DNA from: Prasinococcaceae sp. CCMP 1430
Taxonomy: Eukaryota > Plantae > Prasinodermophyta
DNA length: 64,000 nt
Reading direction: 5' to 3'
Assembly: GCA_013416795.1 (NCBI GenBank)
Contig: RQSC01000011.1
Location: 112,721 to 176,720, forward strand
Positions within the stretch are counted from its first letter, which is position 1. Every line of letters starts with the position of its first letter. Both the position numbers and the translations under genes were made by a program. Positions 10,895 through 20,922 of the stretch are shown piece after piece. The notes below the pieces were generated by a model. The model did not search any database. It saw only the letters and a list, made by a program, of their open reading frames with translations, and was not told the DNA's origin.

Positions 10895-13800
10895 TCATTT
10901 CGCCTCGGCACACACCTCACTAAGCAGCGCGTCAAGCATATCGTCGATGGTCGTCGCCTCATCCTTCTCGGTTTTGGCGCTCATACTCTTGGCCACCTTA
11001 GTGCGGTCTTGCCTGCCGCGCACGACGGCCTGAATCTTGGTGGCAGCTGCGGCGCGCTCGTTATCGATGGCCTGGAGCGGCGTCAGGTCATCCTTGCCCT
11101 CGATGATAGAAAGCGGCGTCACGCCTGCCGCGATGAGCTTCTTGTGCAGCTTAAGGCGGCGGCGCTCGAGCGCGTCCATTTCCTTCTTCTTCTTCTCCGC
11201 CTTGCGGCGCTGCTCCTCTTCGAGCTTCGCAGCATCGGCCGCCGCCTTCTTGCGCCTGTATTCCGCAACGCGCGCGCGCTGTGCGGCGCGCTTCTCACTG
11301 GCGGCCTTGGCTAGGCGCGCGCGCTCCTTGGCGTCGGCCTGAGACTGCTTCTCCTTCTGCTGTTCGGCGGCTTTCTGTCGCTGCCGCCGCTCCTGCCGGT
11401 CGCGCGCGACTTTCTTGCGCAGCTCGTTTGTGTGCTCCTGCTGCTTGCGTCGCTCCTCCATGAACGACCGCTTCTGCAACTCCATGTCCGCCGCCGCCAG
11501 GCGCTTCGCGCGACGGATGCGCGCGTCTGCCTGGCGCATGGCCACCTTGGGCGACTGCGCCGAGACGCCTGCGGGCTCCGCAACGTTGTCAATGCTGATC
11601 TTGAGGGGAGACGCCACGGCGGCAGGCGCCTTGGGAGGAGACGCCACGGTGGCAGCCGCAGCGTTGACCGCGGCGCCCGATGCACGGTGAACGAGCGTGC
11701 GCAGGATCGAATCAACGTACTCGCTGATGAAGGCCTTCGCCTTGGCGTCCGTGAACTTCATGGAGAGGGCCACTGCGGTTTCCGTGCCGTCAAGCCGCGG
11801 CAGAGCGCCCCTACCCCTACCAGGGGCTGTCGAGGCCCTGCCAGGGGCTGTCCTGGACAGGTCGAAGCGACCCGCGCCGGGCTGCTGGCGCTCCCTGCCA
11901 CGAGCGCCTGCGGCACCCTTCACGCTGCGCCTCCGAGACCTGTCGCCGGGCTTGGGAGCGCCGCGCAGCGACGCGCGTGACCCGCGCGTGGGCGTGGGCG
12001 CACTCAGCGGCGCGTCGGGGATGCCGTCCGGTGGCAGGTCACCAGTAGGTGCCAGCCGGGCCTCGTACTGTGCGGGAATGGGGGCGCCCGCCACCGCGAC
12101 GTAGCCCATGGGCAGTACCGTGTTCGCGTCGGATGCAAGCCTCACATTCATCTCGTTGAGCACTGCTTTAGAGGCGTTGATGCCCTCCACCTCTGTGCGC
12201 TTGATGAAGCCAGCTGGCACGCCCGCCGCGGGGTCCTTGCGAAGCATGACATTGAGCAAGGCAATGTCGGCCTCGACGTCGGCAGGCTCGTCTTTGCGCG
12301 CAGCCATTGGAAGCACGTGCTCGCCGCCCAAAATGAAGTCGTCAGCGAGCAGGGCATCAAGTGCGAGCTCAACCTGAGCATCGTCATCGCTCAGACCCTC
12401 CGGCAGCACAGGCGCGTGTGCGGCATCCACCTCGGCGACGTATGCCACCGCTGCCACCAGTGTTGGCTTCTCCTCGGCTACCAGCACGCGCACAAAGCCC
12501 GGTGGCAGATCTGTGGCATCACCATGCGAGGCACGCCCCGTCCGCCTACCTCGGGCGCCAGCGAGCTGATCCGAGCGCGGCGTGGCAAGATGGCCGCGCT
12601 TCCCCGGAGTGACGTGCGAGGAGCTCGCCTGGCCCGACCCGCCGGAGAAGAAGATCTGGCGGCGCGCATTCACGCCGTCACTTGACACACTCCTGGAAAG
12701 CCTCTTGCGAATTCGCGCATTCTTCCTCTCCTCTGCCTCCTTCGCCTCCTTCGCAGCCTTGATTTTGGCCAGCCGCTTCTCCTTCGCGAGCTCGATCTCC
12801 TCCCTGCGCCTGGCTAGCAACTTTCGCTTCATTTCCTGCCGCCGATAGTCCTCCTTGTTGCGAGCGCGTCGGCGAAGGGCCTCGCGCTTCTGCTCGAGGG
12901 CCTCTTGCTCGGCGGCCGCGCGCGTCTCCTCCTCCCTGCGTGCCGCCCTGCGGCGCTGCGCGAGGGTCGTACTGCCGCCTGCATCAGCCGCGTCCCCATG
13001 GGGCTCCCTACTCGCGGGATGCGAGTGCGTCGAGGCCAGAGTAGGCTGCTTGGACAGGCTCCGCTGCTTCAAAGCCGGTCGCGGCGCACTCTCGCCAGTC
13101 CTGGGCACGGCTGGCTCCCGCGGCTGCTGTGTGCCGCGGCCGCCACGCGGCGCAGGAGGTGGGACCGCGCCCGCCCCCTCCGCTGCGCTCATCGCGGCTG
13201 TCCACTGGTCCTCAGTCCATCCCATCGCTGCAAGCATTGCCGCCTTGTCGAACGCCTGGGCTGGCTGCTCAATGGGAGCTACACCGTCCGCATGGGTCGA
13301 GCCCGCGCTTGCCTCGGCTTGCAGCGTGCTCACAGGTGACACCCGCTCCTTGCCATCGGTGGCATCAGCGTCATGGTCGAGCATCTTGGCGTCATTTTCG
13401 GGGAGAAGTGGTCCTGGTGGCACCTGGTCGATGGCAGCGAGCAGCTCTTGCAGGCGCGGGTGTGGCGTGTCGTTGAGATGGGCCCAGTCGGAGCACGCGC
13501 GCGCGAGCAGCGGCTCCATCTTGGCGCACAGCGACGGCGAGCCCACGCCCACGAGCGACTCGAGCGTGTCGAGCGCGGCAGCCTGACGCTGCGCGCTGCC
13601 AGGGACGCCGAGCGGCTCGTGGAATGTGCGTATGCACGTCTCCACGAAAGCCACGAGCTGAGACTGGACATCAGGCGAGCGCTCGAATCGGCGCGCCATC
13701 GCCACTAGCGGCCAGAGCGCGCGGTTGCCGTATGCGCCCCCAGCGGTCGGTCCTGCGGCCTGCGCGTCAGCATCCGTCTGAAGCGCTGAGCGCGCGAGCA

Positions 13801-15514
13801 GCGGCGCGAGCATCGCCGCGTGCTTGGGCTCCAGGCGACCGTGCGCTGCGAGAGCGTCCAGCAGCACGGGACGAATGCCCGCCTGCAGTGTGCCCCCTTG
13901 TGCGCCGTCATGCAGCATCGCGTGCTTGCACATGGGCTCGACCAGCGCGCCCACCGCCAGCCCCTGCTGCGCGCGGAAGAGCTTTGCCACCTGCTCATCG
14001 AGCAGCTGGCGCACGCCCACATTGTGCCAGTTCTCCACCAGGGAGAACACCATCGCATTGAAGACCACGGGGACGAAGGCGTTGCCGTCGATGGTGAACG
14101 CCTCAAGTAGCTCCACCAGGCATTGATGGCTCGCCTCGACGACAGTCTGGTCGGCGGCATCGCGGCAGCCGCGCTTGAGCAGCGCGAGCACGGCCTGGCA
14201 GCTCTCCGCACGCGACTCGAGCTCGGCGGGAAAGAGCGCCCACAGGCGCGTCGAGAGGAGCGCGGCCTCCACCTTGAGCGCCCCCGGCGCGGCGCCGTCC
14301 GCGTAGGTCGAAGCGCGCTGCGCCAGCATGGCGGGCACGCCGCCGTCGGCGAAGGCGCGGCGCATGGAAGCGTGTGCCGCCACATGCGGCAGCATGCGGC
14401 GTGCGGCCTCGAGCTGTGCGCGTGGCTCCGGAACGTGCGCCACAAGCGCGTGTTCGAAGAAGTGCACGAGCGAGCGCCTGGCGAAGCGATCGATGACAGC
14501 TATCGAAGCCGCCACCACCTCGTCGCCCGCGTGCGTCTGCCACGCGCCAAGCAGCGGCGCCAGCGCGCCCTCGTCGCCCACGAACCACTCGTATATCTCC
14601 GCGGCGCGCGCGCCGGCGGTGCTGTGGTTGAGCTGGCGTGCGACGGCTGACAGCACGCGCATCGACATTCCCACCATCGTCTTGGAGCGCGAGCGCAAGC
14701 CCGCAGAGAGCGCCGTGAGCATCGCCGCCCGCGCCTCCGGCGTGTCGGCGTCGAGCGCGTCGGCAAACTCCGCGCCACGAGCGAGCAGCGCGCGCAGCCA
14801 GGCGCTGACAGCCGAGAAGTCGCCCGCGGGTTTGCCCTCGATGAGCCAGCCGCAGAGCTCATGCGGCGCCCCGCCCACGACCAGGTGCGCCTCGTCAGCG
14901 TCGACGCCCATGGCCTCAGCATACGCCAGCGACTCCGCCAGGAACTCGATCGCCGCACCTGGCGTGCGCGCGCCCGCCGGCTGCGTCTTCGCCGCCGGCG
15001 CGAATCGGGTCTGCTGCTGCGCAAACGCGCCGGGAGTGCCGCGCGGCGTCGGCTCGACGCTCGAAGCGCCGCCGCCCTGGATCTCCTCAAACATCGCGCG
15101 GTCGGCGATGCCATCGCCGGGCTCGGTCAGCATCGACGCACGCGGGGGCGCGGGTCCTGGCTCCTGGTGCTGCTCTGCGGGCTGCTGCCGCGCTGGCGCC
15201 CCGTCATCGCCGCCGGCACCGCTGTCCTGTCCGACGACCCGCTCGTAAAATCTGCACAGCAGGCCGGCCACCACGTCGAGGTCACCTGCGACGATTCGCG
15301 CCTTTGTGTCCGTGTCGATCTCGATGTCGAACGGGCGCAGCGCGGGCGCGAGCAGGTTCCAGTTGTAAAGCTTCGCAACGGGCGACGCGCCCTCCCGCAG
15401 CGACGCGAGCGGCGCGGGCGGCGGCAGGCCGCGCAGGCGGCCGAGGGCCGTCAGCAGGTCACCCACGCCACGGCCGCTCTCGAACAGGTCCGATGCCTCG
15501 CCGTCGAGGTACTC
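10895..15514 (-). CDS. Large protein: N-terminal CH-like domain (SPEF1/CH_2-like), ARM/HEAT-like helical region, coiled coils, C-terminal IQ motif; first exon in the N-gap
   Basis: >1,500-aa ORF; AKLYNWNLLAPALRPFDIEIDTDTKARIVAGD (CH-like), ATKIQAVVRGRQDR (IQ); acceptor GCGCAG at 15515 extends the frame upstream of the listed start. Confidence 0.75.
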   Translation of the reverse strand, partial: EYLDGEASDLFESGRGVGDLLTALGRLRGLPPPAPLASLREGASPVAKLYNWNLLAPALRPFDIEIDTDTKARIVAGDLDVVAGLLCRFYERVVGQDSGAGGDDGAPARQQPAEQHQEPGPAPPRASMLTEPGDGIADRAMFEEIQGGGASSVEPTPRGTPGAFAQQQTRFAPAAKTQPAGARTPGAAIEFLAESLAYAEAMGVDADEAHLVVGGAPHELCGWLIEGKPAGDFSAVSAWLRALLARGAEFADALDADTPEARAAMLTALSAGLRSRSKTMVGMSMRVLSAVARQLNHSTAGARAAEIYEWFVGDEGALAPLLGAWQTHAGDEVVAASIAVIDRFARRSLVHFFEHALVAHVPEPRAQLEAARRMLPHVAAHASMRRAFADGGVPAMLAQRASTYADGAAPGALKVEAALLSTRLWALFPAELESRAESCQAVLALLKRGCRDAADQTVVEASHQCLVELLEAFTIDGNAFVPVVFNAMVFSLVENWHNVGVRQLLDEQVAKLFRAQQGLAVGALVEPMCKHAMLHDGAQGGTLQAGIRPVLLDALAAHGRLEPKHAAMLAPLLARSALQTDADAQAAGPTAGGAYGNRALWPLVAMARRFERSPDVQSQLVAFVETCIRTFHEPLGVPGSAQRQAAALDTLESLVGVGSPSLCAKMEPLLARACSDWAHLNDTPHPRLQELLAAIDQVPPGPLLPENDAKMLDHDADATDGKERVSPVSTLQAEASAGSTHADGVAPIEQPAQAFDKAAMLAAMGWTEDQWTAAMSAAEGAGAVPPPAPRGGRGTQQPREPAVPRTGESAPRPALKQRSLSKQPTLASTHSHPASREPHGDAADAGGSTTLAQRRRAARREEETRAAAEQEALEQKREALRRRARNKEDYRRQEMKRKLLARRREEIELAKEKRLAKIKAAKEAKEAEERKNARIRKRLSRSVSSDGVNARRQIFFSGGSGQASSSHVTPGKRGHLATPRSDQLAGARGRRTGRASHGDATDLPPGFVRVLVAEEKPTLVAAVAYVAEVDAAHAPVLPEGLSDDDAQVELALDALLADDFILGGEHVLPMAARKDEPADVEADIALLNVMLRKDPAAGVPAGFIKRTEVEGINASKAVLNEMNVRLASDANTVLPMGYVAVAGAPIPAQYEARLAPTGDLPPDGIPDAPLSAPTPTRGSRASLRGAPKPGDRSRRRSVKGAAGARGRERQQPGAGRFDLSRTAPGRASTAPGRGRGALPRLDGTETAVALSMKFTDAKAKAFISEYVDSILRTLVHRASGAAVNAAAATVASPPKAPAAVASPLKISIDNVAEPAGVSAQSPKVAMRQADARIRRAKRLAAADMELQKRSFMEERRKQQEHTNELRKKVARDRQERRQRQKAAEQQKEKQSQADAKERARLAKAASEKRAAQRARVAEYRRKKAAADAAKLEEEQRRKAEKKKKEMDALERRRLKLHKKLIAAGVTPLSIIEGKDDLTPLQAIDNERAAAATKIQAVVRGRQDRTKVAKSMSAKTEKDEATTIDDMLDALLSEVCAEAK

Positions 15515-15573
15515 CTGCGCTCACGGGCGCCCGCACGTCCGGCGCGGGGGCGCGCGGGGGCGCGGAGGCGCGC

Positions 15574-16167
15574 NNNNNNNNNNNNNNNNNNNNNNNNNNN
15601 NNNNNNNNNNNNNNNNNNNNNNNNNNNNNNNNNNNNNNNNNNNNNNNNNNNNNNNNNNNNNNNNNNNNNNNNNNNNNNNNNNNNNNNNNNNNNNNNNNNN
15701 NNNNNNNNNNNNNNNNNNNNNNNNNNNNNNNNNNNNNNNNNNNNNNNNNNNNNNNNNNNNNNNNNNNNNNNNNNNNNNNNNNNNNNNNNNNNNNNNNNNN
15801 NNNNNNNNNNNNNNNNNNNNNNNNNNNNNNNNNNNNNNNNNNNNNNNNNNNNNNNNNNNNNNNNNNNNNNNNNNNNNNNNNNNNNNNNNNNNNNNNNNNN
15901 NNNNNNNNNNNNNNNNNNNNNNNNNNNNNNNNNNNNNNNNNNNNNNNNNNNNNNNNNNNNNNNNNNNNNNNNNNNNNNNNNNNNNNNNNNNNNNNNNNNN
16001 NNNNNNNNNNNNNNNNNNNNNNNNNNNNNNNNNNNNNNNNNNNNNNNNNNNNNNNNNNNNNNNNNNNNNNNNNNNNNNNNNNNNNNNNNNNNNNNNNNNN
16101 NNNNNNNNNNNNNNNNNNNNNNNNNNNNNNNNNNNNNNNNNNNNNNNNNNNNNNNNNNNNNNNNNNN
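15574..16167. other. Assembly gap (N run)
   Basis: Run of N; probably hides the first exon of the CH/IQ gene. Confidence 1.
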
Positions 16168-16631
16168 GTGCGCGCGCGCGCGCGCGTGTGGCCCGCGGCC
16201 GGTGCGCGCGCGGGCGAAAACGGGTAGGAAAACAACCGCAACCGATCGACGGACGCGCGCGCGCCCGAAATGCGACCCCGCGAAACGCCCGCGAAACGCC
16301 CGCGCGCCCCCCCCCGGGGCGGAACCGGAACCGGAAGGCTCCCCCGGCACCTCCCCCCCGGTGGGAACGAAAAGAGACCCTGGCAGAGGCGCCGATGCCG
16401 CCATCCACCCCGGTGCAGTTCCGGCGCGCGCCCTCGTCCGCGCGCGCTCGCCCGACCAAAAAAACCGTTTGCGCCCGTTCGAAAAGCGGCGCGTTTCCGC
16501 GAAATGCTCCGGGAGGGGCGCGCGAAAAAAGCGCGAGAGCGTCGCGCGCGGCCGCGCCCTCGGCCCGAAGCCCCGCCAACCGAACCGGCCCTCCGATCTG
16601 ACCAGCTCAGCTCAGCTCCGACGCCAAATAC

Positions 16632-16639
16632 AAACCCTA
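16632..16639 (+). promoter_or_regulatory. Telo-box-like AAACCCTA; further copies (TAGGGTTT) at 4703..4710, 17136..17143, 45935..45942
   Basis: Exact plant telo-box 8-mer; the four copies seen all lie in non-coding DNA upstream of genes. Confidence 0.45.
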
Positions 16640-16987
16640 TCCAAAACCCAACCCAAACGAAGCTTTCTCGTTCGCGCCCCGTCGACGCCCGAACGGGGGC
16701 GGCGTCGAGAAGCGCGCGGAGGGAGGATCGGAGCACCCACGGGCGAGCATTCCTCACGCAGCCGACTGAAGGTCAAAACGAAAGGCGCATCGCGTGACAC
16801 GTGCGACCGGTCCCGTCGAGAGCTGAAGCGGCCGGCGTCCGACGCGTGCGTGCAATTTGACCTCGCGTTTCAGTCGCCGCACCCGAAGAAAAAAGTAAAA
16901 AAAAAAAAAAAAGCGATGCAGAGAGTCCTTTCGCGATCCGCAGCGCGAGTGACCGTTGGTGCGCGGGTTTCGTTTTGATGGAGATGT

Positions 16988-17012
16988 GTCGCCCGTGGGT
17001 ATATGACACGTT
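16988..17012 (+). promoter_or_regulatory. Shared 25-mer GTCGCCCGTGGGTATA(T/G)GACA(C/G)GTT, copy 1
   Basis: 23/25 identical to 53243..53267; both copies lie in divergent intergenic regions. Confidence 0.5.
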
Positions 17013-17286
17013 CTGAGAGGATGAGAGGCGCAGAAGCGGCGCGCGCGGCCGGCGCCCGGCGGGTCCTGAGCCTTCATGGCGTGCCCAGCATCCATCTTGC
17101 GCTGCGCCTCCTCCAGCTACAAAAGGGTTTTGTGATAGGGTTTAGTAAGGCGGGGGCGGCATGCGCGCGTGGGTCGGCGCGGTGCGCGTGCTCGCGCGCG
17201 AGCGTGCGGTGAGGAGGGGCAGTTTGGAGGGGGGCGGCGGCAAAGGCGAGGTCCGAGCCGTTTCCGGCGAGGACGCCCCGCGCGCG

Positions 17287-19395
17287 ATGGGAGCGCCGAC
17301 GGGGGCGGCGCCCGCGGGCGCGGCCGCGGCGATCCTCGAGGCGGTCGCCGTGGACAACGGACAGCTGCGCCTCACCGACCGCTTCCTGGGCGACGACGGC
17401 GCCGGGGCGCTGCTCGCGGCGCTCGAGGAGCAGGGACGCACGGCCGAGGTGACGGCGCTCGACCTGACGGGCTGCAACCTCCACGAGTGCACCTCGGTGG
17501 TCGCGCTCGTGCGCGGCCTGCCGTCGCTCAAGCGCCTGAGCCTCGAGTGGCACGCGGTTGGCCTCGACGAGGCGGGCTTCGGCACGCTGGCGCGCGCGAT
17601 CGCCGAAGCGCCCATGCTCGCGCAGGTGGACATGCGCAACAATCGCGTGGGGGTGGCAGGCGCGCAAGCCCTTGGCGCAGCGCTCGGGGATGCCACCCCA
17701 GGCGCGCTTCGCACGCTCGACCTGCGGTGGAACGACCTCGGCGGCGACGCAGGCGTGCAGGCGCTGCTCGGCGGCATCAGAGACAATACGTCGGTGCAGG
17801 ACCTGCGCCTCAACCCTGTGCTGCTGAGCGTCGCGGACGAGCAGGCGCTGGAGCTTGTGCTCGCGCGCAACCGTGGTGCCGCGGACAACTCCGCCGTGGC
17901 GAGCGCGAGGAATGCCGCCCACGCCGCAGCCCTCGGGGCCAGGCAGGAGGCGGCGGGCGCGGCGCGCGATGCCGCCGCGATCGCACAGGAGCGCGGGGGC
18001 TCCGCAAGCGTGTCGCTGGTCGAAGCCGACCTCGGATCGGGCGAGCCGCTGCCAGTCATCGGCAAGCCCACCCTCCGCGAGGTCGAGCTCGCGGAGCGCA
18101 TCGCTGGTCTGCAGGCGGAGGTGCTCGAGGCCAAGCAGCGCTGCATATCCCTGGCCGACGAGAACGATGGGTGGGCCAAGAGGTTCGAGGGTGCGCAGGA
18201 GGCCCTCAAGGCTGCGGAGTCGCGCGCGGAGGAGCACCGCGCTGCGCTTGCGACCACGCAGCTTGATCTGGAGAAGGCGCGCCAGGAGGTCGAGGCGGCC
18301 AACGTGAAGATGCGCGACGCGAGCAGCGCAGCGGCCGCGGCGTCCGCAGAGATCGAGAGCTTGCGCCGAACGGTGACGGCCGCAGCGGAGTCGCGCTATC
18401 GCGCCGAGGCCGCGCGCGCAGACAGCTCGGAGGAGGCGGCTAAGGAGCTGCGGTCCAAGCTCACGCACGCCGAGGCTGAGATTGGGCGCGTGCGCGCGGA
18501 GCTCGACAGGCACAAGGAGGGTGAGATGTCCAAGGTGCAGGCGCTCGAGAGCAGGCTGGCCCTCGAGGCGGAGTACCACGCGAGCGAGGTGGCACGAGTG
18601 GAGGAGGGCGCGCGCCGATCGGTCGCCGCCTCCACGGCGGCTCTGAACGCGGCGCGCGAGCGCTCGACGCTCGAGGTGACGCGCGCGGGCGACGAGCTCG
18701 TGCGGGTCGCCGAAGCGCGCGATGAAGCGCTGCAGCAGCTCGAACAGGAGCGGGCCAAGGCGCTCGAGTCCGCCACCGAGCACCAGGAAGCGCTGCGGCA
18801 ACGCGAGGAGCGCCACGCTGAGGAGGTCGCTGCGCTCGAGACCGCGTGGGGCGGGCGCGTGCAGGCTGCGGAGAAGGCGCGCGAGTCCGCCGCCAAAGCC
18901 GCTGCTTCGGCGGGTGCACGCGCGGAGAAGGCTCGGAAAGCCCACGCGGCCGCGCAGGCACTGCACGAGGACCAGCTCAGGCGCGCGAGGGAGCAGGTGA
19001 GCAAGGTGGAAGGTGAGAAGGTCGAGATGGAGACGCAAATTCAATCGAGCAAAGCGTCCGTGTCCGTGGCGGAGCACCGTGCAGCCACCGACGCAGCTCG
19101 TGCGGAGGCCGCCGAGGCGACGCTCAAGGCATGCAGGGAGCGCTTCGAGGGGCAGCTTGCCGACCTCTCATCGCGCGCAGATGCGCAGCAGGAGGTGCTG
19201 GCGAGCGAGCTGGACGCCTCGCGCGCGCGCTTGGCTGAGGCCGAAGACGCGGCACGCACCGCGCGCGAGGCGGAGCAGTCGCGCCGGCGGGAAGCGGAGC
19301 GCTGCCTGGCGGGTTTCGAGAGCGGCCTCGCCGCATGGGCTAAGGCGAACGTGAGCCAGCTGCGCGCGGACCTCGCGGCGCTGGGCAGCAAGTAG
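17287..19395 (+). CDS. LRRC45: LRRC45-like leucine-rich repeat plus coiled-coil protein
   Basis: RI-type LRRs LKRLSLEWHAVG, LAQVDMRNNRVG, LRTLDLRWNDLG match the LEW/LRNN/LRWN series of LRRC45, followed by ~450 aa of coiled coil. ATG 17287 (or 17161). Confidence 0.7.
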   Translation: MGAPTGAAPAGAAAAILEAVAVDNGQLRLTDRFLGDDGAGALLAALEEQGRTAEVTALDLTGCNLHECTSVVALVRGLPSLKRLSLEWHAVGLDEAGFGTLARAIAEAPMLAQVDMRNNRVGVAGAQALGAALGDATPGALRTLDLRWNDLGGDAGVQALLGGIRDNTSVQDLRLNPVLLSVADEQALELVLARNRGAADNSAVASARNAAHAAALGARQEAAGAARDAAAIAQERGGSASVSLVEADLGSGEPLPVIGKPTLREVELAERIAGLQAEVLEAKQRCISLADENDGWAKRFEGAQEALKAAESRAEEHRAALATTQLDLEKARQEVEAANVKMRDASSAAAAASAEIESLRRTVTAAAESRYRAEAARADSSEEAAKELRSKLTHAEAEIGRVRAELDRHKEGEMSKVQALESRLALEAEYHASEVARVEEGARRSVAASTAALNAARERSTLEVTRAGDELVRVAEARDEALQQLEQERAKALESATEHQEALRQREERHAEEVAALETAWGGRVQAAEKARESAAKAAASAGARAEKARKAHAAAQALHEDQLRRAREQVSKVEGEKVEMETQIQSSKASVSVAEHRAATDAARAEAAEATLKACRERFEGQLADLSSRADAQQEVLASELDASRARLAEAEDAARTAREAEQSRRREAERCLAGFESGLAAWAKANVSQLRADLAALGSK

Positions 19396-19685
19396 CGCGT
19401 GCCGCGTGTGGACCTGGCCCGCCGCGCGGTAGAGTAGATGTACAGTCGCATGCAGACGAAATAAAGAATCCAATGGCAATCGCAACCGCACGCAGCGCCG
19501 GCCGCCAGCGCATCCCTACGGGCGCGGTGGATGGAGGGTTTACATGTGCGCCGACAGCGATCGGCACGCGCGTGCACGTGTGCTCTGCGTGTTACAGGCG
19601 CTGCGGCGGGCGCCGCGTCCATGTGGCTGCTGCCGCGCAGGACCGAGGAGGCAATCACGGGGGCGTGGCCGCCACTCGCCCGCGG

Positions 19686-20669
19686 CTACGCGCGCCCGCC
19701 GGCACCCTGGCCGCCGCCGCCGAGCAGCTCTTCCCACAGGCGGTCGGCAATCTTGCTCCCCCCGATTGGGCTCGGTTCCACCATCGCCACGTAATCGTCG
19801 GGATCCTTAGGGTCGAGCACTTCAGAGAGGGGCACAGGTACGACCGGGATATGCCGTCCACGCACGCGCAACCTGATCTTGCTGACCGCGCGCTCGTGTA
19901 TGGTCTTGATGATTAGTTGGAGCTTGGCGGGGTCCGTGTCGTATCGCAGCTTGCGCAGCGCAAACGAGGCCCATCCGTCGCCTGTCTCGCAAGGATAGTA
20001 TATTGAACACACAGCACATCGAGAAGGGAGTGCGCCCGCGCCTTCCAAGACGTCCTCGAGATAGCGCTCGACCGCGCGGCCAAAGAGCCAACAGATGTGG
20101 CGCATGGGCCACCAATCCGACGAGTCCGGCGAGCAGATGCGCTCTGGCGAGGCGTGCACCAGACGGAGCATCGACAGAATGGTCATCACGGTTGGCCGCA
20201 ACGCAACGTCGTTTCCTCCGATTGAGACAGCAACGACGTCGTCGTGCTGCATCTTTGCCGCCGCAAATGTGTCTTGCTGCCAGAGTGTCTTGCGCAGCCC
20301 GAAGAAGCGCCGGCGCGACGCGAGGGTTGTCGCCTCGACCGCACAGTTGACGCACGCCACCTTGGCATCCTCGCGCGCCGCGCGTGCATTGAGCCAGTAG
20401 CACACGTCCCGTCTGCTCACCGGCGGGTCGAGCACGTGCTCGTAGCCGTTCAGCGCCGCAGCCTTCGGCTCGTGTCCAACCCACGCCTTGTTGTCCAAAG
20501 AGCTGTCCCCCAGCAGCCAGACGATCCGCCTACCGCCCTCTCGTGCGGCGGGATACACCACTTCGAGGTGCTCGCGCGTGTGCCCGTGCCACTCGCGGTA
20601 GTACGTGCGCGCCGGCACGCGCACGCACCCCCCCGCACTCGCTGGCGTCCGCGTGACGCCGCCCCTCAT
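19686..20669 (-). CDS. SGNH/GDSL hydrolase-like protein
   Basis: Block I VWLLGDSSLDN, block III VSIGGND; block V region reads DDYVAMVEPS. Confidence 0.75.
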   Translation of the reverse strand: MRGGVTRTPASAGGCVRVPARTYYREWHGHTREHLEVVYPAAREGGRRIVWLLGDSSLDNKAWVGHEPKAAALNGYEHVLDPPVSRRDVCYWLNARAAREDAKVACVNCAVEATTLASRRRFFGLRKTLWQQDTFAAAKMQHDDVVAVSIGGNDVALRPTVMTILSMLRLVHASPERICSPDSSDWWPMRHICWLFGRAVERYLEDVLEGAGALPSRCAVCSIYYPCETGDGWASFALRKLRYDTDPAKLQLIIKTIHERAVSKIRLRVRGRHIPVVPVPLSEVLDPKDPDDYVAMVEPSPIGGSKIADRLWEELLGGGGQGAGGRA

Positions 20670-20922
20670 GCGGCGCGCTCGGCGTCGCCGGGCGGAAGGC
20701 GCCACTGCGCACGCGCGCGCGCGCGCGCGCGCCGCACCCGTGCGCAGGACGGTGCGACGGCGCAGCGACGCCCAGTGTGTCGTGCTCTGGACGTAGTGGG
20801 TGCCGGTTGCTGGATGGTGGTCGCGGGGGGACGGGGGGCGTCCTACGCGCGCGTTGTGGGGTGCGGACTGAGCGACGCAGAGACTTTCATAGAATCGTAA
20901 CATACACAGTACAAATACATGT

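Noticed and set aside
14861-16978. ORFs that read through N runs (also 51163..53142, 51486..53069, 57902..58948)
   Set aside because: Artefacts of translating gaps as X.
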